Shown piece after piece: positions 48,601 to 62,436 of a stretch of 64,000 nt of DNA. The notes under the pieces were generated by a model that worked only from the letters and a program-made list of their open reading frames with translations, searched no databases and was not told where the DNA came from. Every line of letters begins with the position of its first letter. The first letter of the stretch is position 1. Source of the stretch: Polymyxa betae A26-41 (Eukaryota > Protista > Endomyxa: Phytomyxea). The stretch covers positions 1 to 64,000 of the forward strand of contig RBZT01000480.1 of the NCBI GenBank assembly GCA_003693705.1. The letters are read 5' to 3'. Made by a program: the position numbers and the translations under genes.

Positions 48601-50794
48601 TCTCGACTTCCTTCTGGAAGTCTTTCATTGATTCTTCGAACAGCCGCTTTTCATCTTCCAAACGTCTTGCAGCGAGATCAAGATTAGTGCGGGCCTTAGA
48701 AAGCTCTTTCTCAGTAGCACGATTCTCTTGTTCAGCTTGCAACGTATTCGATTCACGAATAGCAATAGCAGCGCTACGCCTCGATAATTCTTCAGCCTCA
48801 TTATCGAGCTGAGTTTGCCTCCTTTCAATCTGCATTAGCTGCTGAGATTGTTCGTCTTGAAGGCGACGCTCCGCTTCCAGAACAGTTCGTTCACGATGGT
48901 TCAGCTCTTGTTCCCGTTCAGATACGACTTGTTTACGCTTCTCGCATTCGCTTCGTTCAAGTTCAAGCCGTTTGCCCAAAGCAGCAAGGTCCGCTTCGCG
49001 CTGCTTCAGTCTCAGAAGCAAAGTGTCGACTTCGCTCTCTTTCTCTGTTAATGCAGTCTCACGATGCTGTAATGAAGCTAGCTGAGAGTCGATCTCTTGC
49101 GTTAAAACTGTAACTTGCTGACGAGCTTCCAATGACACTTTCACATCATTCTGTAGCTGAGATTTTTCCAAAGTCAATGCTTTGGAGTCGTTTTGCAACT
49201 GAGTCCATTCATGATCAAAATCGTTCTTCATGCGAATCATTTGCTGCTCACGTTCTTGTAGTTGCTGTTCACGTTCATCGAGACGTTGCTGCAGAAGTGA
49301 CAATCTCCTCTCAGAGGCAGTGATATCTGCCTCTCGAGAAGATAAATTCTTCCTTAACGTCGTTAATTCAGTCGATTTGTTTAAAACGTTTTCACCATCA
49401 ACATCCATTAATTTCTTTTTCCGTTCGAGTTCCATAGATGTCGCCTCCAATGACTCCCTCGTCACTTGGAGTTCACGCTCGCGACGTGCCAGATCATCTT
49501 TGGCTGATTGCAGCAAAGCCCTCTCATTGTCAAGAGCATCACGTTTACGAGCTAATTCGTACTGAAACAGCTCAGATTGCTTCGAACCAGCACCATTCTT
49601 GTCATCAAGCGCCCTTTGTTGCGCATCGAGTTCAGCTTTCAGGCGAACTAGGTCATTATGTTTTTGCTGCAGCGACGCTTCCATAGCTGAGCACTGCGCC
49701 TCACGTTCAGCGCAGAGCTTCTCTTGCTCATTAAGTCGCGCAATCATCTGAAGTTCAGTCATTCATGTATGAAACAATGCAGATTGGATAAAATACAAGA
49801 TCCATTTCGGCATTATGGCGAATAGTGTCATTTTCGAGCCGACTACGCTCCACAGCGAGATCGTAGGCCATTTTCTCATCGGAAGTACCAGTAGATAAAA
49901 GAGAAGGATTTCTGGATGGCACTGAGGGCGCAAAAGCAGTAACATTTGAGCTTTCAGCAGGAGGCTGGGATGTCACTGGACAACACAATCAGATATTAAA
50001 TACAGTAATGGCTGAAACATACCAGAAGACTGCCGGGTCAATGAGGGCACCTGAGAGCGTTGGACTAACAAAAATATAAGAATATAATGAGCGAGGTACA
50101 TAGCAAAACATTGTACTTGAAGGTTGGCGAGAAATGGTCGGAGCTGGAGCCACAAGAGATGATGATCCGACTGTCTGAGTTTCTGTAGGTGTTTCGAACG
50201 ATAATGAGGCACGTTGACGCGCCACCACTACTAAGTTTGAGCGTGCATCATGTCGGCATTAATGCAAACCATACCAAGATTAGCGATATTCGACAACGAG
50301 GAGCTCCGTTGTTGATCTTGCTGGGCAACTGCAGCAGCAGCCAAATTCCGAAATCTTGATGAACGTTTCGGAGATACCGAAGACCTTGGAGAAGAGGAGG
50401 AATCTATTTCATCTTCAGATTCGGTGACACGATCAAGGGATTGCTGCTGCTGTTGCTGATGCTGTTGTAATGCTGCTCTAGTTTGCGATACCATCTGCAT
50501 CGATAGTGATCGAAATCGATTAGTGTTCGATGGATCCTGTGGTACATTCCCATTGGAAGTCAATGAAACACTCTGATGTCTTCGTGCCTCTTGTTTGGCC
50601 TTCAATGTATTCAACGATGATACCGTATCCTGCAACGACTCACGGAGACGTTCCTTTGTCTCACTAGGTCCCGGTGTAGTCGCAAAATCCGGTACTGAAG
50701 GGGCCGAACCGCTCGTATCCCAGTTAAACAAATCGGTGCTACCTGAGCGCGAATGTCGACGTAGCGAAGAGCGGCGCGAGGCGCCTGCCGACAT
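45644..50794 (-). CDS. Large coiled-coil protein, multi-exon (ends approximate)
   Basis: Ser-rich N-terminal exons (50231-50794), a ~1000-aa E/R/Q/L heptad-rich exon (46.8-49.8 kb) and C-terminal exons to ~45.65 kb, separated by short GT-AG introns. Confidence 0.8.
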
Positions 50795-50975
50795 TGCGCT
50801 GTTCGTAGCGCCGTGTTCTGGGATAACTGTGCAGTCGAGCGCGTCCTGTGACAAATCTGTCTATGATCGCGACGTCACTTTTCCGGTCCTGATCTGGTTC
50901 AGGGAACACGAAGAGGCCGCGCCTGATACCACTTGCATTATTGCTTACAGCTTCTCATGATTGCTCAATACCTTT

Positions 50976-51129
50976 GTCATGTATGATTTCAATCAGGCTT
51001 GTTGCCACATCGTCCCTGAGGACGCTGACTTATGTCCACACATTTCAAAGACGTCATGTATGATTTCAATCAGGCTTGTTGCCACATCGTCCCTGAGGAC
51101 GCTGACTTATGTCCACACATTTCAAAGAC
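50976..51129 (+). repeat. Perfect 77-bp tandem duplication
   Basis: 50976-51052 is identical to 51053-51129. Confidence 0.95.
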
Positions 51130-51408
51130 GAATGTCACTTCTCGGCAAAAAAAATGCATCCGAAAACGATTCCATTTCGGTTTGGTCATCTAGTAGACTT
51201 CGTATAGACCTTTCTACCTGGCTTTTTGTGTATGAAACTATATCAACTTCGGGGTTGCATACTCGCTCAGCGTCAATGTCTTATCAATCTGTCTCAGTGG
51301 TCATCATCTCTCAGGTTGAAGTTATTGCCATCTTGATCTGCGACTTGCATCTCGTGTTTAATCATTACATGAAATCAATCAAACAAAGTAAATAAATAAT
51401 CAAATATA

Positions 51409-52029
51409 TTAACCAGAATTTTGTAGGTTTAAACAGTTATCTTTGCAGTATTTTACATCATCTGTCTCTGTACAGCTTGTCCATAATTTGTACATTTTAA
51501 ATGCTAAGGATGCCTGGGATGACATCTGCTTGTTTTGTTGGGACATATTTTCCAAAATGTAATGATAAACAGATATAGTATCGCTTTTGGAAATTTCACT
51601 CCCTGCTTCTTCAGTTGCCTTCTTCGCTTCATATAACAAATTCTGTAGTTCTGGCGACATTGCTCTTCTTGCTGCGAGTCGGTTGGAAATATCTGTCGCG
51701 ATCTGCACATCTTCAGTCCTTCCTTGAAGACTGCCTCTGATCTCAATTGATGTCAAGAAGGCCAAAGTTATCAAATCAAACTGGGAATCGCGATTGTTAA
51801 CCTGCTCTTGTTCGATTGCCACTTCTGCTTGAGTGATATTATGTTCCAAATACTGTATCGGCAGATGGTCAAGGGATTCACATCTAGCGAGTCTGAATAT
51901 GGGCTCATGGATACTGAGAAGTGGGCCATCAAACTGTCCGCCAGAGCAGGATTCCCAATCACTTTGTCCAAGGACATTGGTCAGAATACAGTTCAATAAC
52001 AGAATAATGAGAGATGAAGGCAGCAGCAT
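51409..52029 (-). CDS. Small secreted Cys-containing protein (206 aa), candidate effector
   Basis: Signal peptide MLLPSSLIILLLNCILTNVLG. Single exon, Cys near both ends of the mature chain. Confidence 0.75.
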   Translation of the reverse strand: MLLPSSLIILLLNCILTNVLGQSDWESCSGGQFDGPLLSIHEPIFRLARCESLDHLPIQYLEHNITQAEVAIEQEQVNNRDSQFDLITLAFLTSIEIRGSLQGRTEDVQIATDISNRLAARRAMSPELQNLLYEAKKATEEAGSEISKSDTISVYHYILENMSQQNKQMSSQASLAFKMYKLWTSCTETDDVKYCKDNCLNLQNSG

Positions 52030-52915
52030 GGCTAATATCCAGGTCGATTTAGGCCCATCTCCCTATTGAGTCATAGAAAAGAGAGACGAAGAAAAGGAGA
52101 AGGAAGAGAGAAGCGCTTCCCTCTGCCAACTTCTCACTCTCAGCTCACCAATTCTAGAGACCTCTAAAGCCATTACGGACAGCTCCTATGAAACGTTACA
52201 GCAGAAACTGGTGCCGGGAGCGCTCGACTCTTAAATATCCTATGTGTGTCTGGGATGGCCTTTCCCCTTTGGTAAGTGTGTAAGAGCACTAGGTCCTTGC
52301 TGACGGAGATCGATTCGAACGGTCATATAGGAATCCTTTGATCAAGAAGTTTGCACTGAATACTGCTACATGTTCTGCTCTCTGGCAATCCTACAAAACT
52401 GTAAACATGCATGAAAAACGACCCGCGTGGGCGACATTAATTGCCGCCGGTTCTTTAAAAACATAAACCTCAAGTAGCGATAAGCATATCAACTCATAAA
52501 TTTCAAATTGAAGCAAACCTTTAATGAACCAAAATTAAGTCGAAAGGGTTTATAAGGTCTAAAAAGATAAATCAGGTCGGGAAACTATACCAAAATGTGG
52601 ATTAATGTTCACAAACTTACCTCGCGTAGATGTCGTTCCTTCATTTCGTATACGTGTTGAAGCTTACTCAAATCACGTCATCAGCCAGCTGAAGCTGTAA
52701 AGAGATTCTGAGCCATTCCAAATTGGCGGTCTATGCTACCGAATAACAAACCAGTAAAGTGGCAAGATAACCTATCCGAAGTAAGTCGGAGAATATCCAT
52801 GCCACGCCAGCCCGAGTCCTATAGTACATATCTGTCGTCACTCAAACTTCACTACTCATTATACATTTCGTAACTTTTTAAACAACAAGAAGGCGAACTT
52901 CATTGCTATACTAGC

Positions 52916-54195
52916 ATGCTCGCTACACGACACGTTGTTGCTCTTTTTCTTGTCGTTGCATTATGTTCGGCAATCATTGCCGCTGTCGTCTGGAAGACCC
53001 AGTCCAAGGGTCTGTCGCAGCCAACAGAAACTCGAATCGGCAACGCCCCCGACTCCGACTCTATTAATATCTTGGAGGAAAATAGTATCGGATTGAAAGG
53101 CTTGTGAATCCAAACCTAATGGAGTTTTCACTGATTTGTCAGTAGATGAGAGCACAACCGAGCCCACAAAGATGCTGCTCGAGAAACAAGACGATTTTAT
53201 CTCGATTGATGCCGTAGATAGGCAGATTATCCAAACGAAGGGTTGGTTTTTCAACCACGTCTGGGATGTTGATTTTGATTTTGGTAACAGATGAAAACCC
53301 AACACCTGAAACTTTGAAACCAGCGGATGTTGATTTGAATGATGAACTAATGAAACCACCTGTAAAGTCTTTCGATCCGACAATACCGTCTTATGCAATT
53401 GATGAAAATGGCAATGTCTATGAATGGGTGGAGAAAGGTCCTGATATGTTCGATTCACTTCGTCTAACTGACAACGCATCTGGCAATACTGCTACCCGTC
53501 GATATATGTGGTTTGCACATATGAACCGATTGGATGAGACTGAATCGCTGTACGACCAGCTGAACATTACTCAAAATGATATTGAAAGTAATGAACCCTG
53601 GGTTAAGGTCGCTGTTGACGTTGCCAAAGAAATTCGTCGCCGAATTATGCAATACTTCGTTTGTCTATCACCTGAACACGCTATATGTGATCTGAATTCT
53701 TGGACTACGATCCAACATGAAGCTCCCGATGCAGTACAGCATCGCATGCGAGTCTTTGTGGCAAAACTGGAATTTCTGAAACCATTCGATCACCTTCGCC
53801 AAGTTACGCAAGACGATTGTAAATATCCACCCATGGCCGGTACAGTACGCGAGTATTTCCTTTATCTAAAATTCTTTGATAACTGGCACCAAAAATATCA
53901 TGATATTGCTGAAGAAGTCGAACGGCTATCTTTTAGAGGATGTACCCGCGTGTTCGAAGTCATTGGCGATCACGCAGCAGCATTAGAGAAGATTCAAAAA
54001 ATGTTAGATCTCTGCATAAAGATTTTGAGCACAAACCCGAACCTAATAAAGGTCGTGGAGGGAACCGATCTCTTAAACCGTGCATGCGGCCCTGGATATG
54101 AAATGTTTGATCGACTCCCAGAGCCCATCAAACCAAGACTATCGAAGTTTGCAGAGTTGACCCGGGAAGTTGTGGTCAAAATGACAAGCCTTTAA
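52916..54195 (+). CDS. Signal-anchor or secreted orphan protein, 3 exons
   Basis: Hydrophobic N-terminus VVALFLVVALCSAIIAAVVW. Two phase-1 introns (~53085-53145 and 53242-53290) link it to the long ORF ending at 54195. Confidence 0.7.
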
Positions 54196-55983
54196 ACTCA
54201 CCCTACAGTAAAAGTTTCTGATTGGGCCCTGGGCAATATTGCCAGGGTCCAGGGTCCTTAGCAAAAATGAGTGCTGAGGGTCTTATCAAGGTGCCAACGT
54301 CATTTTAGGGGCCTTAATAAAGAATTGGCGGTTGTTACTTGTTATCACATGTAAATCGAAATCTCCAACAATTTCGTCGTTTCCTCAAGAGAGATACGTG
54401 TTGATTGCCGAAAGAATTTTTATTTGTAGACTGGACGAGTTTTGTCCAATTTGGCTATGAAACGCACGTCTACGATGTAAAAGCACCCACAGCCTTCGCA
54501 AAATCGATTCAGTTCACTATGCAATAAAATTGCTTCATTTAAAAAAACTTTCAAGTCGATGGCCAGGGCATGTACGATTACGCTATCGAGTATATTCAAA
54601 TAGCATTAGTTCAGGGAGTGTACCTATTAAGAGCCTGGGAAGCTGGAATTTCAAACTTTTACTGTATACTTTTATTTTGTATCTTATACATACAGTTGGA
54701 GTACTTTATCTGGAAACAACTGACTTTAAAACCCTAGCAATATTATAGTAAAAGGTGCTCAAAAGCCTCCCAGACATTGTTTCTTCGTTCATCGGAAATA
54801 TTTATCAATGGTCAATTGCTTTGACGACGAATTAGAAAGCGTCCTAATGATAGCTTTCACGCTCAGCAAGTCAAGCTCTTCTCTGAAGAGCAAGTACAGT
54901 AGACTTGCAGGAAAAGCTATACGCGGTCAATTAAATGGTACAAAACAGAGGACTTCGTATAGAGAGTTTGTTATTATTAGGTATAAATAATCAGGGTTTG
55001 CTCTTTCCACAGTTTTCTGTACCATAAGCGAAGGTGTAATTTATACAAGTTGTATCTTATACAGAGGTTCCAAAAGGTATACACTGATCCCCCAAAGCGA
55101 TCTTGACTGCATATACAAACGCGAGCCTCAACAGAATTCACCAAGGTCGGGCTCTAAAGCGTCAGGAAAGCGAAAAGACGGTTTCAAGAAATCATCGCGA
55201 GCCAGCCGAGATATGACCAAAAGCTGATACAATTCCTCACGTTGGTAAGAACAACATTATAAGGTGGTCACCACTTGAACGAGCATGAATTTGATATTCC
55301 AAGAGAGATATGGATTTTGCTGCAAACGCTCATGTGGACTGCTGCTAAAACAAGATATCTTCCCATTAGCAAAATTAAGACATTCTATGACGAATACCGC
55401 TTCGTATTTGACGTTGCTTCCGGTGTAGCCCGCTCCTGGTGAAAGTTATCCTAAATTGATATTCGATTCTGGTGCTGGGATTACGGACGACTGGCTACAT
55501 TTATTGAAGCCTTATTTTGAGCATTACAAGGTATTTTTGTGGTGAGAAGCGCTGCTCAAATCGTATCGTCATTGACGATTTCACCTTTCGGGTTTTACTC
55601 TAATAAACAATGCGATTAATCAGGATCATGAAACTGATAGATTAACCTCGAAACTTGCTCAATGACACCTCTCGTTCAATAATGTATCATTGATTCATAG
55701 ATGAAACTGAACCAATTTCTCTGGAGTAATTATCAAGTCTACATCATTTTTTCCAGATGTATGAGCTCTTCATTGTGATAGCTTTACTTCCTATTGGGAG
55801 TATGATATCACATTGGGGTGTCCTTTAAGAAGCCGCGCTAGAAGTAAATGCACGCACTTCAACCATGTTGTAGCGCAGCACCATATGCATAATAGCGATC
55901 AGCACAAGTCCTGAAGGGACCCTTTCCCGAATTCCGATTTCTCTGGCTGTCCAGAGCGCAGAAGTCCAATATAAACCATCATT

Positions 55984-57910
55984 ATGGCGATGAATAGCCT
56001 GTTCGGCCTGACAGCTATTGGTGTATTTGTAGCTGTGACAGCCACATTCGCTGGTGGTTTACGCTTCCGATCATTACGAGTCCCAGTACCCAAACTGAAC
56101 TGTTTCTCTCGTCCGCAAACCCACGACGATGTTCCTATACCATGTATCTCCATTTTGCCTCTACTTGTGCTTTTTTAGTTAAATTTGCCCAGACCACTAT
56201 CATGATATCGAATTTGTCGATAAAGGATTGAGCACCAGATATCACGTGACTCAGGATGTTGCTGAGATTCCCGAAATCGTCAAAGAGGTCATTCATGAAA
56301 TAAAAGCCTCGCAATCGTCCATGCGCATTCTGAACGAAGCCAATTCAAACGTCGCTGCCGCTAATGACGAAAGCTTCTTGGACATAAGCCGAATTGTTTC
56401 TGAGACTCTTGTCAACCCGAACATGCAGGTTGACGATTTTGGGTTTTCAACAATATGTCACCAGATCCGAAGCGCTATCAGTGTAATCTCTCTCTACCCA
56501 ACCAAGACCTTCGAAATCATCAAACCGCTCTATGACCATTACGAACAGCTCACCAGCGATCAACGTAATGTGCTTCGAAACTTGGCCATCTTACAGCGCA
56601 TGGTGGTCATGTACGACCTGGTTCGCATTATTGAGCATCGAATGGCTTCTATCCTGCGTCGGAGTCGTTACACGATACAATTCCCAGAGCTGCGTCAAAT
56701 GCATCGTGATTTTGAGCCGTTGGCCCTCTCACGAGCATACGCCGCTCTTCGAAAAAAAGACGAGTTCGTCGACCATCCATTTCGTCAATCTGTCAAAGAG
56801 AAGAAATTTATCGAAATGGGCCTGGACAGCAAGCGTGTTTACAGAAATAATCTGTTTAATGATGTAACCGGCAAATGGGAAGAATTCCAAATTCAGATCG
56901 ATTCTATCGTTGGTAATGCAATCTGCGATATTGATTTTCGATACATTCGCAATCTTGATGAGCCATCACCTTCGCTAAATGTTCTCGGTCTTGATTTCGA
57001 ATTTATCAAGAGCCCATTTTACATTGCGATTTCGGATATTGGCAACAAGGTAGCGAATAATTCTCGAGCCTGTCCTGTGTTTCACACTTAAGGTTCTATC
57101 CTGTATGAGTACTGAGCATTAACCATTGTTATAGGTATTAAACATGATTCAAGCGGTACGACCTACTGACACGAAGTTCTTGTCTGTTTATGAAGTATAA
57201 TAGCTAAGCGACATTTATGTGAATATCATTTCTAAAGACATGACGTACAGGTACCATATCAAAGGCATCATTTCACGACCGAATATCTGCAAACATTACT
57301 TGACGGCGAACTTGATGCTAACAATGGAAATGCTCTGGAGTCGCTAAATCTAGCTTTAGAGTCAGGTTTATATCGTGAATATGAGCGCCTTTCAGATCAA
57401 GTTCCTGATCGCAAACTTCTTTTGAATCAGCTTCTACAAAAGCAACGCTCTTTAACGGTCACTCGTGCAAGCGATCAGAGTTTCGATCTGTTTAATTATT
57501 ATGCCAAATATTCGATTCAGTTTGATTTGTTATCTGCACAAGGTCAACAGCTTTATGAATTAGCCAAGTTTCTCATTGAATTCGCTGTCTCGAAATTCCT
57601 CGATGGTGCCGGCCCGGAGATGCTCCTTTATCATCTTTGCAATGATAGTCCATGGGCCCTGCCTGTACTACGATTTGATTTCAGACATCATCGTTGGGAA
57701 GCGGTATCACTGCCTTTGGAGATTATCGTCGAATTTGCTCTTCAGGTTGCTGTTGATTATGGATCTGATCTAGCTGTTAGTCATGATCAGGATGGAAATA
57801 CGTTCTTCTCGTATCAATCTGATAATGATGCTGGTAAAGATATTTTACACAATGCATTCATCTCTCACTTTGATCATTCACTTCTTACACTACTTACTCT
57901 TAATGAATAA
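55984..57910 (+). CDS. Secreted orphan helical protein, paralog 1 (multi-exon)
   Basis: Signal peptide, intron ~56143-56192, ORFs 56228-57091 and 57422-57910. Clear similarity to 59030-61289. Confidence 0.72.
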
Positions 57911-59029
57911 ACTCATGATTCTGTTGCGTTAGTATCCGAACTAGTAAACATTCTCCGTCATCACAATTATTGAATCGTTTTCTCGTCTTCGACATTCTGT
58001 GATACATTTGACATCTTTATAGAGAGACTTCAGCAAAGTCTTGTTATAGGTCATGCTGCATGGTCATATATAATGTACACAATCAGGGATTCTGTGTGTA
58101 CTGTATGTAAAAATTTCGTTTGGAAATAGCGAATGAGAAGAGATGCACCTGAGACCATGGGCTAACACTCCTTATTCAATCAATCTATGATCTCGATTCG
58201 TTGCGCAACATACCGAATCTGTGACGACCTCAGATGCTGCCAAGAATCAAGAATGTGAATGTGTCGATGTTCACAATCAAAATCCGGTTCATACATACTG
58301 ATAATATGGTTATAAGTAGTTGTTAGTTGGATCGAAACCTTCTAGAGGGCAGGTTCTGGCATATTAAAACTTGAAAATGATAAAGCTGGATACAGTCCAA
58401 GCCAATATGCAAGCTGCTTTAATGAAGTTGAATTGTCATAATAGTCGGAAGCGGTGCATAATTGATGATGGATCGAATGAAAGGGAAGTAATTTTATATC
58501 GAAAATCTGGAAGCTCTATTAATAATCTATAGTAGAGAAAGACTCCACATAATTCAACACCTCGACAACGAAACGTTCCAAAATGGTAAGATATACCTGG
58601 CCACTGATGCTCAACACACAAAAAGGAGGGTAATAACTGACTAATGACAGCTGCCTAAATCTTCGCCCAATCGGCTCTCATTCTCTGTTCATCATCAATC
58701 TGTTTACTTATAAGTATGATCGCATTTGCAATGTTATTTACATGTTCGTCACGTTGATTATGCAACAGTTGGAAATTTTCCGTCTTGTTTATTGTTGATG
58801 TCGAGGCGTTGGCCGTTAGGTGCTCATTATTATTGAGTGTTATGATACATGAGAATCTAATAATGTCACATCACATATAACATGTCTCTGTATGTCATGA
58901 ACCACATCATATTATGTTACCTAATAATTTGTTTTGCAGAATATATGATAATGTTACCTGAGTACGGAGAGCCCCCAAATGCTGACTGGGTCAAGGTCCC
59001 TCTAACAACATTTTATTCTTTCATTCATC

Positions 59030-61289
59030 ATGAGAACATCCATAATATCGTTAATCATCATTACTATCTTGTTAGTGGTATTCTCACAAGCTCAGGGTAC
59101 CATCAAACGATGGAATCCTTCATTATGCTTTACAGATTCAGTTCAACCCCCAATGTCCATCTTCGATATATTTCACAAGAAATCATTGGACTTCTTTGCA
59201 AAGTGTACAGACTTTACAACAGACATATTGATTTGATTTTAGTATGCCCCTTTTTCGCATGTCTATTTTGATTATAGGCCTTATATTTTCACAAATACGT
59301 TAAGACTGACATCCACTCAGTTTCTATTTCATAATAACCGTGAGATCCATAACAATGTAATGAATGTTATTTAGGTAAAACACTCGTTCGTCCAAGAAAC
59401 AGGAAGGCTCGTAAGAATGGTTCAAAAGAAGTACCTTCTAAGCAACCGTCTTTGTATTCTAGTCGAAGTTCAGATCGGTATCTAAGTGAAAGTCGACGAT
59501 ATGCTGGAAATATATTGGAGTTGGCTAGTGGAGAGATTCATAATTTTAATGATGATGTATTGGATGTTCCCAATACATCTCCTATATTCACAGAATCAAA
59601 CCAGCAATCTGATGATGATTATGATGATACTTGCAGTATCGCCAGCTATATTTCAGAAACATCCAAACAGGTGCTGTACACGAAGATCGTCGAAGAAGTC
59701 CTTCACGAACAGACCTCTCAGGATACCGTTGTTGGTGATATCGCTGATGATCTTCTATCTTATTATATCGAAGATGTCGTATACGATCTAAATGACACAA
59801 CTGCTCTATCTTATCAACCATATGATATCTCTTCATCATCATTCATATTCCGATCAGATTGGCATGACATCTATGAAGCTATCGTCATACTGGACCAGGA
59901 CTGGCACAATGCAGTTGATATCATCGTGCCGTTGTTTCAGAGGTATCATCGTCTATCAAAAGATCTACAGAATGCATTACAGAATCTGGCCACATTGTAT
60001 GAGATGCGGGTCGTGTATGACCTGGTCCGCATTCTTGACGAGAGTCTGGCAGCCATTTCACGAATTTATCGCTATACATCAGCATTTCCTGGTTGGAAGA
60101 AACTTCATGGATTATGTGAGAGATTAGCAATCTCTATCATATACCGTGTTATTACACAGGACGCCGTCTTCGATAATTTTGGTGACCAACATCGTCCTAC
60201 ATTCGAATTGGTTCTGAATATAACGGGACTTGATCGTAATGTCAAGTTCAGAACAATGTTATATAACCGAATGATGAATTCATGGAGTGCTAAAGATCTC
60301 AATGTTAATGAGATTGTGTTGAATGCTATTGCTGAAGCTGACTCTATCCATCTATCTACTGAACAATATCCAAGTTCTTATTACCAGATCTTTGACTCTG
60401 TCGATTTTTATCTGATTGATAGTGCATGCTTCCAAGAGTTGCAAGATGTTTATGACAAGGTGATATCGATTTATAACATTTTCCTGAGAAATGCCGACAC
60501 ATTTGTGACAATGCCTCTCTTGATCGCTAATATCATATAATCAGATTATGATCATGTTGTCAGAACGTTATACACGAAATGATATGTTTGGATCGATTTA
60601 CAAGGTAAAACCTAACTCTGTATTAGATCGAATTTCTGTTTACAAATGAATATCAGGCTCCACTGACCAAATCGAATTTTTCCGAAGATGAATTACGATC
60701 ACTTTTAGATTTCATTAAAGACGATAAAAACAAGGACGCCCTCGATCAGCTGAACTTGACCATCGAATCAGGCTTGTACGTTGAATTCGAGAGGTTTTCG
60801 GCTCAAGGCCCCGTTTGTCAGGTGCTGCTTCTGGAGATTGTCAAAGCGCAACGTCGTCGTACTATCTCCCGAGCACTTCCAACCTGCTATGATCTGATTG
60901 CTGGACGGTTTGGTGGTATACCTCGAGGCCCTAACAATCGACATCGCATTGTTCGTTATCTAAGATCACAAACTATCGTTGAGAACATACTCGGTGATTT
61001 CTTAAATGGAACTCCTACGATGCACCAGCTGCAGAACCAGATCGTTGACGCTCTGGATACGGATTGGACCTTGCCGGTATTGATATTCAATGAAGATCAT
61101 TATCGATGGGAGGCAGCTGAGATATCGCTGGAGATGATTGTTGATATTGCTCTTGCAAATGAAGATGACGAAATAGAAAGGATTGATGAATCAGATCTTG
61201 CTGAAAGCTCAACTAATCGGTTACGATCCGATATTGGACGGTCTCTGCCTATCGATTATCGCCTTCAGCCGGAATCAAAGATTCATTGA
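59030..61289 (+). CDS. Secreted orphan helical protein, paralog 2 (multi-exon)
   Basis: Signal peptide MRTSIISLIIITILLVVFSQA, ORFs 59452-60540 and 60756-61289. Shares the LxNLAxLxxMxVxYDLVRI and WxLPVLxFxxxHxRWEA motifs with paralog 1. Confidence 0.72.
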
Positions 61290-61543
61290 TCTTGGGAAGT
61301 TTCCTATGATGAATATATTATCTCACATTGATCGAAACTCATTGTACTCGTGAATAAACATCATTGTTAATAGAAATCAAATACATTTGATATATTCTGA
61401 GCACGTTATAGGCGATTTCTACAAGCACGGTTGAGGCCTTGGCAGATCATTAGTTATTCTCAAAGTTCGCCTGCAATCGCTCTTTCGCGACCCGTCTAAA
61501 ATCTCTTGAGACATCTTTTGGTTAAAGAAGACGTATTCATCCC

Positions 61544-61867
61544 TTATTTGTAGCGAAGGGTATACGAACTCCCAGCGATATCTTTCATCACGACCAGATC
61601 AGCATCTATATATAACAAGATCATAGATCGTATATCTCTGATAGAACTGTGGGTAGCAAATCCTTGATTTTCAATTGCTGAGATATAGTTCATAGAGGAA
61701 GGCAGTACAGTATGTACTAGATCTGCCAATAGCAACAACCTATTCTTAACTTCAATTAATATGCAGCATCTGGCCATACAATGAGTACAAATCAAACGCC
61801 AAAATGATTCAGTTGTACTTGACCACAAGGATTTGATGATTGCAAGTGTCATCTGAACAGTCGCCAT
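61544..61867 (-). pseudogene. Possible degraded GT8-like glycosyltransferase fragment
   Basis: LLYIDADLVVMKDI resembles the GT8 DxD motif context. Flanking frames are interrupted by stops. Confidence 0.3.
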
Positions 61868-62436
61868 GAAAGTATTGTGGATTTGGAGTCCGAAAGCATG
61901 AAGAGGGTGTTATTAGAGTTAACTCGATCATTGCTTACATTTATAGCAACACCTCGTAGTATTCTGATATTAACTCGCCATAGACCATGCAATAACATAG
62001 AAGCCATTAATCAATCTCCTGCATCATACTATCCAAATAAGCATTTCTTAAAAGAATAAGAATTCAAACACCTCTGAAACATCTGGAAATAAACATCAAC
62101 AGCATTAAGCAACGGATTCCAGCTGATGATTGTGATTTAATCAATCTGGCCGATGATATCGAGAACCATTTCATCCTCTACGGCTGACTTCTGTTGCTCA
62201 AGAGCACCATAGAAATCGCCAGGTTTCTCAACATACGCTGGGTGTAGTGTCGCAGTGAGATCAAGAGAATAATGATTGCATGATTCAGGATGTGTACGTA
62301 TGACTAATTTGCACCATGATAAAAGTCGAGTTAGCTTCAGATATTGCGAATAAATACAAGCGTCATAGGGTTTGATCGTTAATTGGGATCCTATCATTTG
62401 ATACATTGTGAATAAGCTAAAAGATATCAAATAATA

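Noticed and set aside
47341-49686. Many short ORFs overlapping the coiled-coil exon
   Set aside because: Shadow frames of a long biased-composition CDS.
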